In this document: positions 7,927 to 16,911 of the stretch, one piece after another
How positions within the stretch are numbered: position 1 is the stretch's first letter
How the letters are laid out: each line of letters starts with the position of its first letter
Source of the DNA: an uncultured Clostridia bacterium
Lineage (GTDB): Bacteria; Bacillota; Clostridia; TANB77; CAG-508
Assembly: GCA_947589135.1 (NCBI GenBank)
Contig: CANPZT010000002.1
Span: forward strand, 1-38,016
Length of the DNA stretch: 38,016 nt
Reading direction: 5' to 3'
Translations under genes and position numbers: made by a program
The notes under the pieces: generated by a model
Told to the model about the DNA's origin: nothing
Seen by the model: only the letters and a program-made list of their open reading frames with translations
The model's database searches: none

Positions 7927-10900
7927 CTATTTTCCTGTTTTAGGTAGTACTGTCTCGTGTTTTTCTTCTGGTATATGAACAACTGTAGTCCAGTCACTAT
8001 CACTTTCAGCAGTTACACCATAATACATACCAATTGTTTTAGTATGGTTTGTGAAAGTTTCTCCATCTTGTAATGTGTCAAGAGACTTACATTGCATTGT
8101 AGGACTTATACTTTCTTTAAATCCTACATCTACTTTTCCAAAATCATACATTGTTTCAGTAATGTACTCATCTTCGCCAAGTTCTAATGTTGTAAAATCT
8201 AAATTGTAATTCTCTTGTGTACTTAGATTTTCTTTGAATAAAATATAATCTTCTGACTTATTTGTTTTATAATATACTGAATAAGTTAAATCTTGATTCC
8301 AAGTACCTGTTGTCATTGTTTCTAATCTTATATAATCTGTTGGAATATAATCAACCCATTTGAAATTCTCTAAATATACATTTGATGCATTACCTACATT
8401 ACTAAATACATAATCAACCTTTTCTCCTGGTTTAATCTCTGATGTTCCCTCTTTATCTACTGTAACCTTAATATCTACACCATCATTTTCTATTGTTAAA
8501 GGTATAGTTTCATGATTTTTTACAATTTCAAATTCATAAGTATTTTCATTTAATAAATAGTAAACAGAGCCTGTTTCTAATTCTTTTAAATAGTATTTTC
8601 CATAAGGCAATAATTCGCTTTTGGCTTTTCCGTTTTCATCTGTTATAAGTGTTCCAACTAGTTCATCATTTTCGTTATAAATTCCAAATTTAGCATCCTT
8701 TAAAGTTTCTTTTGTTTTACTATCAACTTTTGTTATTTCTACATAACCTTTAATTTTTTCATTTTCAAATGTAACTGATGTTATTTCATCTTGTTTTAAT
8801 TGTACTTTTTTAGTTTCTTCAGTTAGTACATATTCCTTTCTAGTTGCTCTTTCAACTGCTGTATATTCTTGGTCGATAGGTAATCTCTTTGTTGTAGCTT
8901 CACCATTTTCATTAGTAACTATTGTATCAACTACATTTTTATTTTCATCTAAAATATCAAAAGTAACTCCTTCTAATAGAACCTCATTATTATCTAAGTC
9001 TACTTTAATTACTTTTATTTGTCCCTTCTTCTTTTCGTTAGTAAATGTCATTTCTGTAATTTTGTCTTGCTCTAAAATAGCTGTTTGTGGCTCATTATTT
9101 AATACATACCATTCTCCAGTTTTAGTTTCTTGAACTTTGTATTGTTGGTCTATTGGTAATCTTTTACTCGTAGCCTCTCCGTTAGCATCTGTAACAAGTG
9201 TATCTACTACATTTCCTTTTTCATCATAAACATTGAATTCTACATTTGGTATTCTAATTTCGTTATTATCTAAATCCACTTTTATAACTTTAATTTGACC
9301 TTTCTTTTTCTCATTTTCAAATGTAATATTTTCAATTTGGTTTTCTTTTAAAGTTATTGTTTTTTCTTCATCTGATAATACATAATTTTCTAAAGTTTTA
9401 GATTCACGTAATTTTAATTTTTCAAAATCTCTTACAGGATATTTACTTGTAAGTGCTTCACCATCTTTATTTGTTACAATTTTTTCTAATACTTTATTGT
9501 TCTCATCAAGTACTTCAAATTCTACACCTTCAATTTTTGTTTCATTATTATCTTTATCTACTTTTATAACTTTAACTTGTCCTTTTTTCAATTCATTTTC
9601 AACTACTACATCCTTTGTTTTGTTCCATTCAACTTTAACTTGTGTATTTTCTGCTAAGTTGTACCATTTATTAGTTTCTTTTTCAATTAATGAATAATCT
9701 GCAACTCTTAGATTTTCAATATATATCTCTCCATTTACATTAGTACGATAAGTTCCAATAACTTTCTTTTGTTCATGAGAATATAAATCAAATTCTACAT
9801 TTCCTAGTGTTACTTTGTGATTATCTTTATCTACTTTATAAACTTTTAAGTTTCCTCTTTTTCTTTCATTATTAATTGTTTGTACTTTTTGATCTACAAA
9901 ACCTAAATTAATCTTTTGCTCATTTGCATTTAAAATATAATTCTCGTTTGTTTGTATCTCTTTTGCAATAATAGTTCCTGGTCTTAATCTTTCAACTGTT
10001 ATTTCTCCATTTTGGTCAGTAGTATAATTTCCAATGTTTTCTCCATCTTCATATCTAAAATTAAATACTACTCCTGGAACTTTATAATAATTAAATTCTG
10101 CATCTTGTTTTATTATTTTTATAGTAGATTTGTGAGTATTAATAGTAAATTCAGTAATTCCTTGTTCATCAGCCATTGGGTCAAATGTCAATGCATAATC
10201 TTGCCAACTTGAATTTGGTGCTACCCCATAAAATATAGGATATGTCTCACATTTTGCTCTTGCTGATATTGTTACATTTATGTCATTTTTAACTTTATCA
10301 GTCGGAATTGCTATTTTAAAATGTTCGTTACCACTGAAAGTTCCTTTTTCTTGATTATTCATATCTACTATTTTTGAACCTTCTGGAAGCCCATTTGTAG
10401 CTGTTATTGTATATTCGCCCATATTAACAAAACTTGATACACTCATTTCTTGATAACAATAATCTCCATTTTTCACTAAATCGCCTTGTCTATTTATTGT
10501 AACGTTTGCTGATTGTGGAGTTCTTGAACCATTTCTACCTTCATTTACTAAATTAATTATTGCATTTTTTATTTGCTCACCTCTAGTATCTTTACCATGA
10601 TATCTAGTTTCTGGGTTATAGCCATAAAGCACACTATATACCGCTTGTTTAGTAGCAACAAAAGCATCTTCATCTGTGCTACAACCCATTTGACTAGCAG
10701 TCTTATATGGAAAACCTGCTGTGATCGTTCTCCATACATCTACTCTATCCAACAATGTCGAAATGTCAACAGTATATGGAGCTTCATCACCTACACCATG
10801 TTTATTTCCATCTAAGCAATATGCAGGATGAGTTTTTCCTTGATAATTATATCCTACATAATGTGTTATAAGATCAGACCATGCATTTTGTTTTGTATCC

Positions 10901-11046
10901 CAGAATTGTAAATGTCGTTCACATTCACCAAAATCAAGTATTTGTGCACTATCTATTTGTACTGCTGACACTATTCCACTAAAACTATTAATTAAATAAA
11001 TAATTAATAGCAAAATATAAATTATCTTATTTCTTCTTTTAATCAT
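7927..11046 (-). CDS. Large surface adhesin: signal peptide, thioester (TED-like) domain, multiple CnaB-type repeats, C-terminal LPKTG
   Basis: Signal peptide. AYCLDGNKHG plus ATKQAVYS fit a Cys-Gln thioester pair. At least 6 CnaB-like modules (KKGQ[IV]KVIKVD.DNNE...). The ORF ends ...VLPKTGK directly at the stop. Confidence 0.88.
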   Translation of the reverse strand: MIKRRNKIIYILLLIIYLINSFSGIVSAVQIDSAQILDFGECERHLQFWDTKQNAWSDLITHYVGYNYQGKTHPAYCLDGNKHGVGDEAPYTVDISTLLDRVDVWRTITAGFPYKTASQMGCSTDEDAFVATKQAVYSVLYGYNPETRYHGKDTRGEQIKNAIINLVNEGRNGSRTPQSANVTINRQGDLVKNGDYCYQEMSVSSFVNMGEYTITATNGLPEGSKIVDMNNQEKGTFSGNEHFKIAIPTDKVKNDINVTISARAKCETYPIFYGVAPNSSWQDYALTFDPMADEQGITEFTINTHKSTIKIIKQDAEFNYYKVPGVVFNFRYEDGENIGNYTTDQNGEITVERLRPGTIIAKEIQTNENYILNANEQKINLGFVDQKVQTINNERKRGNLKVYKVDKDNHKVTLGNVEFDLYSHEQKKVIGTYRTNVNGEIYIENLRVADYSLIEKETNKWYNLAENTQVKVEWNKTKDVVVENELKKGQVKVIKVDKDNNETKIEGVEFEVLDENNKVLEKIVTNKDGEALTSKYPVRDFEKLKLRESKTLENYVLSDEEKTITLKENQIENITFENEKKKGQIKVIKVDLDNNEIRIPNVEFNVYDEKGNVVDTLVTDANGEATSKRLPIDQQYKVQETKTGEWYVLNNEPQTAILEQDKITEMTFTNEKKKGQIKVIKVDLDNNEVLLEGVTFDILDENKNVVDTIVTNENGEATTKRLPIDQEYTAVERATRKEYVLTEETKKVQLKQDEITSVTFENEKIKGYVEITKVDSKTKETLKDAKFGIYNENDELVGTLITDENGKAKSELLPYGKYYLKELETGSVYYLLNENTYEFEIVKNHETIPLTIENDGVDIKVTVDKEGTSEIKPGEKVDYVFSNVGNASNVYLENFKWVDYIPTDYIRLETMTTGTWNQDLTYSVYYKTNKSEDYILFKENLSTQENYNLDFTTLELGEDEYITETMYDFGKVDVGFKESISPTMQCKSLDTLQDGETFTNHTKTIGMYYGVTAESDSDWTTVVHIPEEKHETVLPKTGK

Positions 11047-11058
11047 TTCTTACCTCCT

Positions 11059-11086
11059 AAAAAAGAACACTATTTAAGTGTTCTTT
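11059..11086 (-). terminator. Hairpin plus T run immediately upstream of the adhesin SD (terminator or attenuator)
   Basis: agaacac (11064-11070) pairs with gtgttct (11078-11084). The minus strand reads stem-TTTTTT-AGGAGG-ATG. Confidence 0.5.
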
Positions 11087-11097
11087 AAATTTTTATT

Positions 11098-11856
11098 TTA
11101 TAATATAAAACTTTCTGTCCATCTTAACTCGTTACCAATATAATAATCACGAGCATATATTCTTATAGTTCCAAAGCTATTTATTATTGCATTTTTTACT
11201 CTAGTCTCAGTAAATGTAAATCCTGTCGTTTTATTTACAATAGATGAATCAACTACTATATTATATCCTAACTTTTTCATATAACTTGATGGATTAGCAT
11301 TAATAATATTTTTCATCTTACTTATAATTGAATCATTTATTTTAAAACTTTCTTTATTTTGATTTAATGTTTGTGTATTAGTAGTAGATTGTGTTTGTGG
11401 TCTAGCTTGGGACTGAGACTGAGTTTGGGCCTGATTTTGAGTTTGACTTTGACTTGAAGCTTGACTTGGAACTTGAGTTTGAGTTTGACTTGCTATACTT
11501 GATTGTGTCTTTGTTTCTTGCATCTGTATTTTAGAATTTGTTTTCTCACTTTCTTGTTGTTTACTTTCTTGTGTATTTTTATCTACTGATAGATTTACTT
11601 CTTCTTGAATTTTAGTATTATTTGAAACAGAGTTACTTTCTTTGTTTATAATAGAATTGTCATTATCAACATTTTCTATATTTTCTTCAATAGTATTCTC
11701 ACTAATAGATATATTTTCGTTTTGTACTTCTACTATAATTTCATTTTGTTGCTGTGATACTTCTACGTTTTTTTTATATTGATTATGTACAATAAAAGTA
11801 ACACCAATTATACACCAAATAAATAAAATTATAATTAATATTTTTTTCTTTTTCAT
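11098..11856 (-). CDS. Membrane-anchored protein with a Q/S/T-rich low-complexity linker
   Basis: N-terminal TM (ILIIILFIWCIIGVTFIV), a SQTQTQVPSQASSQSQTQNQAQTQSQSQ tract and a small C-terminal globular domain. Confidence 0.6.
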   Translation of the reverse strand: MKKKKILIIILFIWCIIGVTFIVHNQYKKNVEVSQQQNEIIVEVQNENISISENTIEENIENVDNDNSIINKESNSVSNNTKIQEEVNLSVDKNTQESKQQESEKTNSKIQMQETKTQSSIASQTQTQVPSQASSQSQTQNQAQTQSQSQARPQTQSTTNTQTLNQNKESFKINDSIISKMKNIINANPSSYMKKLGYNIVVDSSIVNKTTGFTFTETRVKNAIINSFGTIRIYARDYYIGNELRWTESFIL

Positions 11857-11941
11857 AAAACATCACCTCTTTATAATAAAAGAATATCATCTTTTACAAA
11901 AAAAGGAAATGCTCAAGAAAAAAATTTTTTTTTTACGTTTT

Positions 11942-12505
11942 TTATATTTCTATTGCTTGAACACATAATCTTTTTGAAGGTTTATTTTTTACACAAGTAA
12001 TTAAAGTTATTATATTGTCTTGTGTATTTTCTAGAACTGATGTATCTGTATCTTCTATTTGTCTAATATCACTTACTCTATAATTCTTTTTACCAAAAAT
12101 ACAAGTATATTCTATATTGTCTCCCTTTTCCAATTTATTTAAGTTTTTCCAGACATTATAGTAATTATGACCTGCTAAACATACATTTCCATCTATAAGT
12201 GGACTGCTTTTAAAATGGCCTATTCCTTTATCTAAAATATCCATTGTTGTACCTTCAAAAATTAGTCCTTCATATTTTATTTTTTCTATTTTAATAATAC
12301 CAATTACATTATTTCCATCAATCTTCACATACAAATCATTTGCATCTTTAATATCTTTATTTTTTTGTATATTATTTTCTTCTATTATTTCATAAGTCTT
12401 ATTTATAATTCTATCTTTATTTGTTTTTTTTAATAAAAATATTGCTCCAATTAATAATACTAACACTATTAGTATAATAAAGGTTATTATACATCTTTTT
12501 TTCAT
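11942..12505 (-). CDS. Sortase family transpeptidase
   Basis: N-terminal TM, catalytic His in LAGHN, Cys in TLITC and Arg in KRLCVQA. Confidence 0.85.
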   Translation of the reverse strand: MKKRCIITFIILIVLVLLIGAIFLLKKTNKDRIINKTYEIIEENNIQKNKDIKDANDLYVKIDGNNVIGIIKIEKIKYEGLIFEGTTMDILDKGIGHFKSSPLIDGNVCLAGHNYYNVWKNLNKLEKGDNIEYTCIFGKKNYRVSDIRQIEDTDTSVLENTQDNIITLITCVKNKPSKRLCVQAIEI

Positions 12506-12514
12506 AATGTCCTC

Positions 12515-14095
12515 CTAATTTATTTTTTTACCGATATCTTTATTCCAAGTGTTGATTAAATTTTGTTTTTCAGAATTTGGTATAATAGCTACTCTAAATG
12601 CTGACATCGGCATATTTTGCCTATACATTGCCTCTTGTCCATTGCTTTTTGTTTCTAACCATCCAACATCTGAGACATAAATTTGATAAACTATTGAAAA
12701 ATTTGAATAATCTTTTAGAGCCAGTGTTATTCCTGAAATTCCATATTTATATTTTTGAAGATTCTCTTCAGAAATTGGATTATTTCCATTTATATCTGTT
12801 CTCATATCTGCATTTATTCCAGCTCCTCCAAATTGGAAAAACTTTTTATTATTTATAGTTACTAAATCAGATGAGTTCATTGATTTCCAAGATGTACTAC
12901 TTGGATTATAGCCATAACTATAGACCATTCCAGAATCCATACAAGTAGCTCTTGAACCTGGACCCCAATAATCATAAACATATGCTCTTCCTAAAACGAA
13001 ATCATTTGATGCATATCCTTCAGTTCTAAAAGATAATGCTTCAGTTTTAAAAATTGGATTTGTCAAAACTGATTGCTTTCCTGCTATATCATAATTTCCA
13101 TAACCATAACTCCATCCAATATTTGAATTATGTGATGCATAAATTAATGTTATATATGTTGCTCCAGATACTGAAACTGTCGTTGTTGTTTTATTTCCAG
13201 CTAAATCTGATAATGTTATTTCATATGATACATTACTTATAAACTCTTTATTCAACTTTTTAGAATCAGAAGATATATTCCATCCATTTGTAGGTTGTAT
13301 TTTTTCGTTTGCTGTTAATATTGCATTTATCTTTCCATTACTACTATTTTGTTGACTATAAGTAATAGATGGCTTAGTATTATCAATCGTAATTTGTGTA
13401 TTAACATTAGTTATTCCGTTTTTGTTATTTGCCGTATCTAATGCAAAACCATTTTCAAATATTAATGTCAATATACCATCACTCTGAATATTAGTTAATT
13501 TTAAATTATATATTTTTTCTTTTGAATTATTACTTTCTAAAGTCCAGTTTTTTGTTAGATTAGCTGTATTCTGCCCAACTTTAATTGTAACTTTATTTAA
13601 ATCTATATTTTTAATTTCTATATTATCAGTTATTTTAAATTTTAAGTTTATTTCTTTAGTTGAGTTAGCATATGATGTATAACTAGTATTTGAATTAGTT
13701 ATTGATGTACATTGAATTGTTGGCACTATTTTATCAATATTATTTACTTTTACATCTATAGTTTCTTTATTTCCAGCTAAATCATATATATCAAGTTTTT
13801 CACTTTGATTTTCGGTAAATGTTTTTGTCAGTGTTTTTCCATCAGATGAGAGATTCCATCCACTCTTATTTTTGACTTTCTCATCACTTGTAATAGTTAC
13901 TACAACATCCCCATTTGTTAAAGTTTCTGTGGAATATGAAACTTTTAATTTTGGTGGAGTTCTATCTAAATTTGTTTCAATTATTAATATTTCAGAAGGT
14001 CCTAATACATACTTTGCTAAAACGCTTTTTCCACATATAAGAATTAAAATAAAAATTAAACAAATCCACAAAATTTTAAATTTAATATTTTTCAA
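12515..14095 (-). CDS. Secreted protein with Ig-like repeats and a C-terminal ChW-like (clostridial hydrophobic W) repeat region
   Basis: Signal peptide. Repeated about 100-aa beta-rich modules (PPKLKVSYS.., VPTIQCTS.., KPSITYSQ..). The C-terminus has NIGWSYGYG and SDVGWLETKSNGQ, which are ChW-like. Confidence 0.6.
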   Translation of the reverse strand: MKNIKFKILWICLIFILILICGKSVLAKYVLGPSEILIIETNLDRTPPKLKVSYSTETLTNGDVVVTITSDEKVKNKSGWNLSSDGKTLTKTFTENQSEKLDIYDLAGNKETIDVKVNNIDKIVPTIQCTSITNSNTSYTSYANSTKEINLKFKITDNIEIKNIDLNKVTIKVGQNTANLTKNWTLESNNSKEKIYNLKLTNIQSDGILTLIFENGFALDTANNKNGITNVNTQITIDNTKPSITYSQQNSSNGKINAILTANEKIQPTNGWNISSDSKKLNKEFISNVSYEITLSDLAGNKTTTTVSVSGATYITLIYASHNSNIGWSYGYGNYDIAGKQSVLTNPIFKTEALSFRTEGYASNDFVLGRAYVYDYWGPGSRATCMDSGMVYSYGYNPSSTSWKSMNSSDLVTINNKKFFQFGGAGINADMRTDINGNNPISEENLQKYKYGISGITLALKDYSNFSIVYQIYVSDVGWLETKSNGQEAMYRQNMPMSAFRVAIIPNSEKQNLINTWNKDIGKKIN

Positions 14096-14099
14096 TATC

Positions 14100-14888
14100 T
14101 TAACCTCCTTCCGTAGTTCCTAATATAGACATAAGAAATCTATAATTTGTATTATTTGTTGCATCATACGTATCTGTAATATCGTCATTTGTATTAAAAT
14201 CCCAAAACCAATCAATTTTTAAAGTCTTAGTTGAATTTTTAGAAATTTTTCCATTTACACTTTGTGCTAATTCTTCTACTGAATTATAAATATTACCATT
14301 TAACTTAAATTTTAAATTCGTAGGCTTACTTGTTTCTTCTTTTACTTGCATTTTATAGAGCATATCTTTGTTTCCATTTTTTGTACTTATTACAACATAA
14401 AAACTGCCATATGAACCAGGATAAATTATATTTTTATCGCTTACTTTATCAGTTAAATCAACACTTTTAAAGTTTCCGTTTTCATAGTTTATATCAAAAA
14501 CATACTTTATGCCTTCCAAATCTACATCATAATTTACAGTTTCTTTTATTATTTGATTGAAATTAGTATTATTTTTACAAAAAAACAATATATAACTAAA
14601 CAAGATAAGAAAAGCAAATAAAAAAAGCCATATTAACCATAGCTTACTTATTTTTATATCTATATAATAAATTTCTTCATTTTTATTAATAAATTTTATT
14701 GTATGTTTCCCTGATTTTTTATACTTTTTACCATTTTCTAATTCTTCTAATTTATTATTATCTACAATAAATGCTTTTCCTTCAAAGTCTAGTTTAATAT
14801 TTTTATAATATTTGTTTATTTTACTTTGTATTTTAGGTATTTTATCATTTATATATATACCAAAATAATTATTATCTTTTTTATTCAT
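14100..14888 (-). CDS. Single-pass membrane protein with an extracellular domain paralogous to the TasA/BsaA-like proteins downstream
   Basis: TM LWLIWLFLFAFLILFSYILFF. The C-terminal KIDWFWDFNTNDDITDTYDA motif is shared with the 15830-16433 product (LTINWDWEYETGN...DTNDA). Confidence 0.55.
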   Translation of the reverse strand: MNKKDNNYFGIYINDKIPKIQSKINKYYKNIKLDFEGKAFIVDNNKLEELENGKKYKKSGKHTIKFINKNEEIYYIDIKISKLWLIWLFLFAFLILFSYILFFCKNNTNFNQIIKETVNYDVDLEGIKYVFDINYENGNFKSVDLTDKVSDKNIIYPGSYGSFYVVISTKNGNKDMLYKMQVKEETSKPTNLKFKLNGNIYNSVEELAQSVNGKISKNSTKTLKIDWFWDFNTNDDITDTYDATNNTNYRFLMSILGTTEGG

Positions 14889-14897
14889 TTCTTTCTC

Positions 14898-15386
14898 CTA
14901 ACTTTGATTAGCACTAGCTTTTATAAAAATATTTTCTCTTATATCTGTTGTTGCATCTGTTCTTTCTCTATCATATCTAACATTTAGTCTATATGAATGT
15001 GTTGTATTACTATTTTGTTTAAGTTCTATTAATCCTGTCTTTTGATTATTTAATCCTATAACTTGATTATCTTTATATAATGTTAAAATTATTGAAGGAT
15101 CAAGTTTTGGAGTAATCTCAATGGTATATTGTAAATCTGTTTGACTACGATTATTATTCATATCGAAATTTTTTATTGTAAAATAGTAATCTACTTCTGT
15201 ATGTTCATCATTTAAAACCTTTTTTTCTGAATTTTCCATTATAAATATAGGAGTTGCAACTTCTGTATTTGAGTTTCCAGTAATTTTAGAAAAAAAGTTT
15301 GAAAATGTATTTCTATATGAAAGAAGAACAATTAAAGTAACTAAAAGTGCTAATATAAATATTAAAATTTTAATTATTTTTTTCAT
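14898..15386 (-). CDS. Small secreted TasA/camelysin/BsaA-like protein (SipW-type signal peptide candidate)
   Basis: N-terminal hydrophobic segment followed by SYRNTFSNFFS, close to the TxAxF-type SipW motif. Beta-rich 162-aa protein adjacent to sipW. Confidence 0.5.
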   Translation of the reverse strand: MKKIIKILIFILALLVTLIVLLSYRNTFSNFFSKITGNSNTEVATPIFIMENSEKKVLNDEHTEVDYYFTIKNFDMNNNRSQTDLQYTIEITPKLDPSIILTLYKDNQVIGLNNQKTGLIELKQNSNTTHSYRLNVRYDRERTDATTDIRENIFIKASANQS

Positions 15387-15828
15387 TGTACATTCCTTTC
15401 TTTAAAATTTTCATTATTATAATTATTAACATTATAATAACTATTCTTTTTAAATATTTTCTTTTTATTACTAATATAACTTTTCCTTTTACATTCTCAA
15501 TTTTTACATGTTCTTGATCTTCACTATTGTTATTATCACCTTTTGTTATAAAACAATTATCACTTTTGCCTATGATTCTATGAGTAACTAAATATTTACC
15601 TTCGTAATTATAAGTAATAATATCTCCAACTTTATAATTATCTGTTTTTAGTATAACTACAAAATCATTAACATTAAGTTCTGGATACATACTACCAGAC
15701 TTTATCATTAAAACTCTTATTTTTATATTATTGTTTATATTATTTTTCTTATTTAATACAATAAAAATATCTAAAAGCAGTATAATAACAATTAGTAGAA
15801 CAAAGAATATTTTTAAAATCTTATTCAA
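15370..15828 (-). CDS. sipW: Signal peptidase I, SipW (ER/archaeal) type
   Basis: TM, then IKSGSMYPELNVNDFVVI (catalytic Ser) and LVTHRIIG (His). Small size is typical of SipW. Confidence 0.85.
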   Translation of the reverse strand: MNKILKIFFVLLIVIILLLDIFIVLNKKNNINNNIKIRVLMIKSGSMYPELNVNDFVVILKTDNYKVGDIITYNYEGKYLVTHRIIGKSDNCFITKGDNNNSEDQEHVKIENVKGKVILVIKRKYLKRIVIIMLIIIIMKILKKGMYNEKNN

Positions 15829-15829
15829 A

Positions 15830-16433
15830 TTAATTATTTGCTGTTGGATTTACTTGTGTTCCAGTTATTATCACATCAAATGTAAAAGTTTTTCCTGCAT
15901 CATTAGTATCTATTTCATCATTTTTTGTTATTTCAGCTTCAGAATTTCCTGTTTCATATTCCCAATCCCAATTTATTGTTAGTGTTTTAATTCTTTCGTC
16001 ATTTAATCCTATTCTTCCTTTTAGAACATCTTGTAATCCTTCAAGTGTTGATGCTGTTGTTCCATCATATGTAAATTTTAAATTGTTTGGCTTGTCTTTA
16101 CAATTGTCAAATGTTATAGCATAATCTATTGCGACATCCGAATCTGTTGTATCTAATACTATATCGAAACTTCCGACTAGTACCTGGTGCAATTTTGTTT
16201 TCAACTAATTTTTCTTGATTATATGTATTGCTTAATTTTATATTAGCAATTCTTTTTGTTTCGTTATTAGCCTTAAAAGACCATCTCGCAACAGTTGCAT
16301 TTCCCTCACCATCTATTTTAGTAAAATATTTAGAGTATGTATTTCCTCCAATTAATCCTAATGTTGCAACAGCAGCTAATATAGTTGTATATGCTGTTGC
16401 TTTTTTAAATTTTTCTTTTAAATTTTTATTCAT
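15830..16433 (-). pseudogene. TasA/BsaA-like protein with SipW-dependent-type signal peptide, interrupted by one +1 CGG site
   Basis: MNKNLKEKFKK...LGLIGGNTYSKYFT matches the SipW-cognate signal class. ORFs 16107-16433 and 15830-16204 join as ...KIAPGTS-G-SFDIVLD... when the C at 16175 is skipped. Confidence 0.75.
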
Positions 16434-16513
16434 AGCAATCTACCTTTCTTTTTAATTTTTTTTTTATTTTCTATCTTTTGTAATTTTCTTTATCAGAGCA
16501 TATAACCACCTCC

Positions 16514-16541
16514 TAAAAAAGAACTAGAATATCTAGTTCTT
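16514..16541 (-). terminator. Hairpin plus T run upstream of the TasA-like gene (twin of the 11059-11086 element)
   Basis: agaactaga (16520-16528) pairs with tctagttct (16532-16540). The minus strand reads stem-TTTTTT-AGGAGG. Confidence 0.5.
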
Positions 16542-16896
16542 ACAATTCTTTTATATATTTTGAAATTTTAGAAAATGGAGTTGGATTTGATACTTTTTCA
16601 CATATCTCATCTAAAGTAAAAGGATCAAAAACTATGTCATAAATTCCTAAAATTAAAGCATCTTTTAATTCTTTTACTTTTTCATTTTCTAAAATAAGAA
16701 TAACTTGTATATTTTTTTCTCTAACTTTAAACATAAAGTCCTTAAAATTATATTTGTTAGGTTGTAGTGTCGCAATTAAAACAGTTGCCTCTTGTTCTTC
16801 TAATATATAATCAGGATAATAAACAATTCTACTATCTTTAATTTTTTTACTTAAATCTCTATCAAGTTGTTCATTATCCGTAAATATTAAGACCAT
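16540..16896 (-). CDS. Hypothetical 118-aa protein (flavodoxin/receiver-like alternating beta-alpha pattern)
   Basis: ORF tightly packed after the hydrolase gene. No catalytic motif recognised. Confidence 0.5.
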   Translation of the reverse strand: MVLIFTDNEQLDRDLSKKIKDSRIVYYPDYILEEQEATVLIATLQPNKYNFKDFMFKVREKNIQVILILENEKVKELKDALILGIYDIVFDPFTLDEICEKVSNPTPFSKISKYIKEL

Positions 16897-16911
16897 TTAT
16901 TATTACCTCCT

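Noticed and set aside
8400-9950. Regular ~270-nt periodicity that could be mistaken for a CRISPR-like or satellite array
   Set aside because: The periodicity is in-frame CnaB protein-domain repetition within one long ORF. There are no short direct repeats with unique spacers. No CRISPR array is present anywhere in the window.
11380-11530. Microsatellite-like ttgagtttgac/ttgactt repeats
   Set aside because: They encode the in-frame Q/S/T-rich linker (SQTQTQ...) of the 252-aa membrane protein. This is coding low complexity rather than a separate element.
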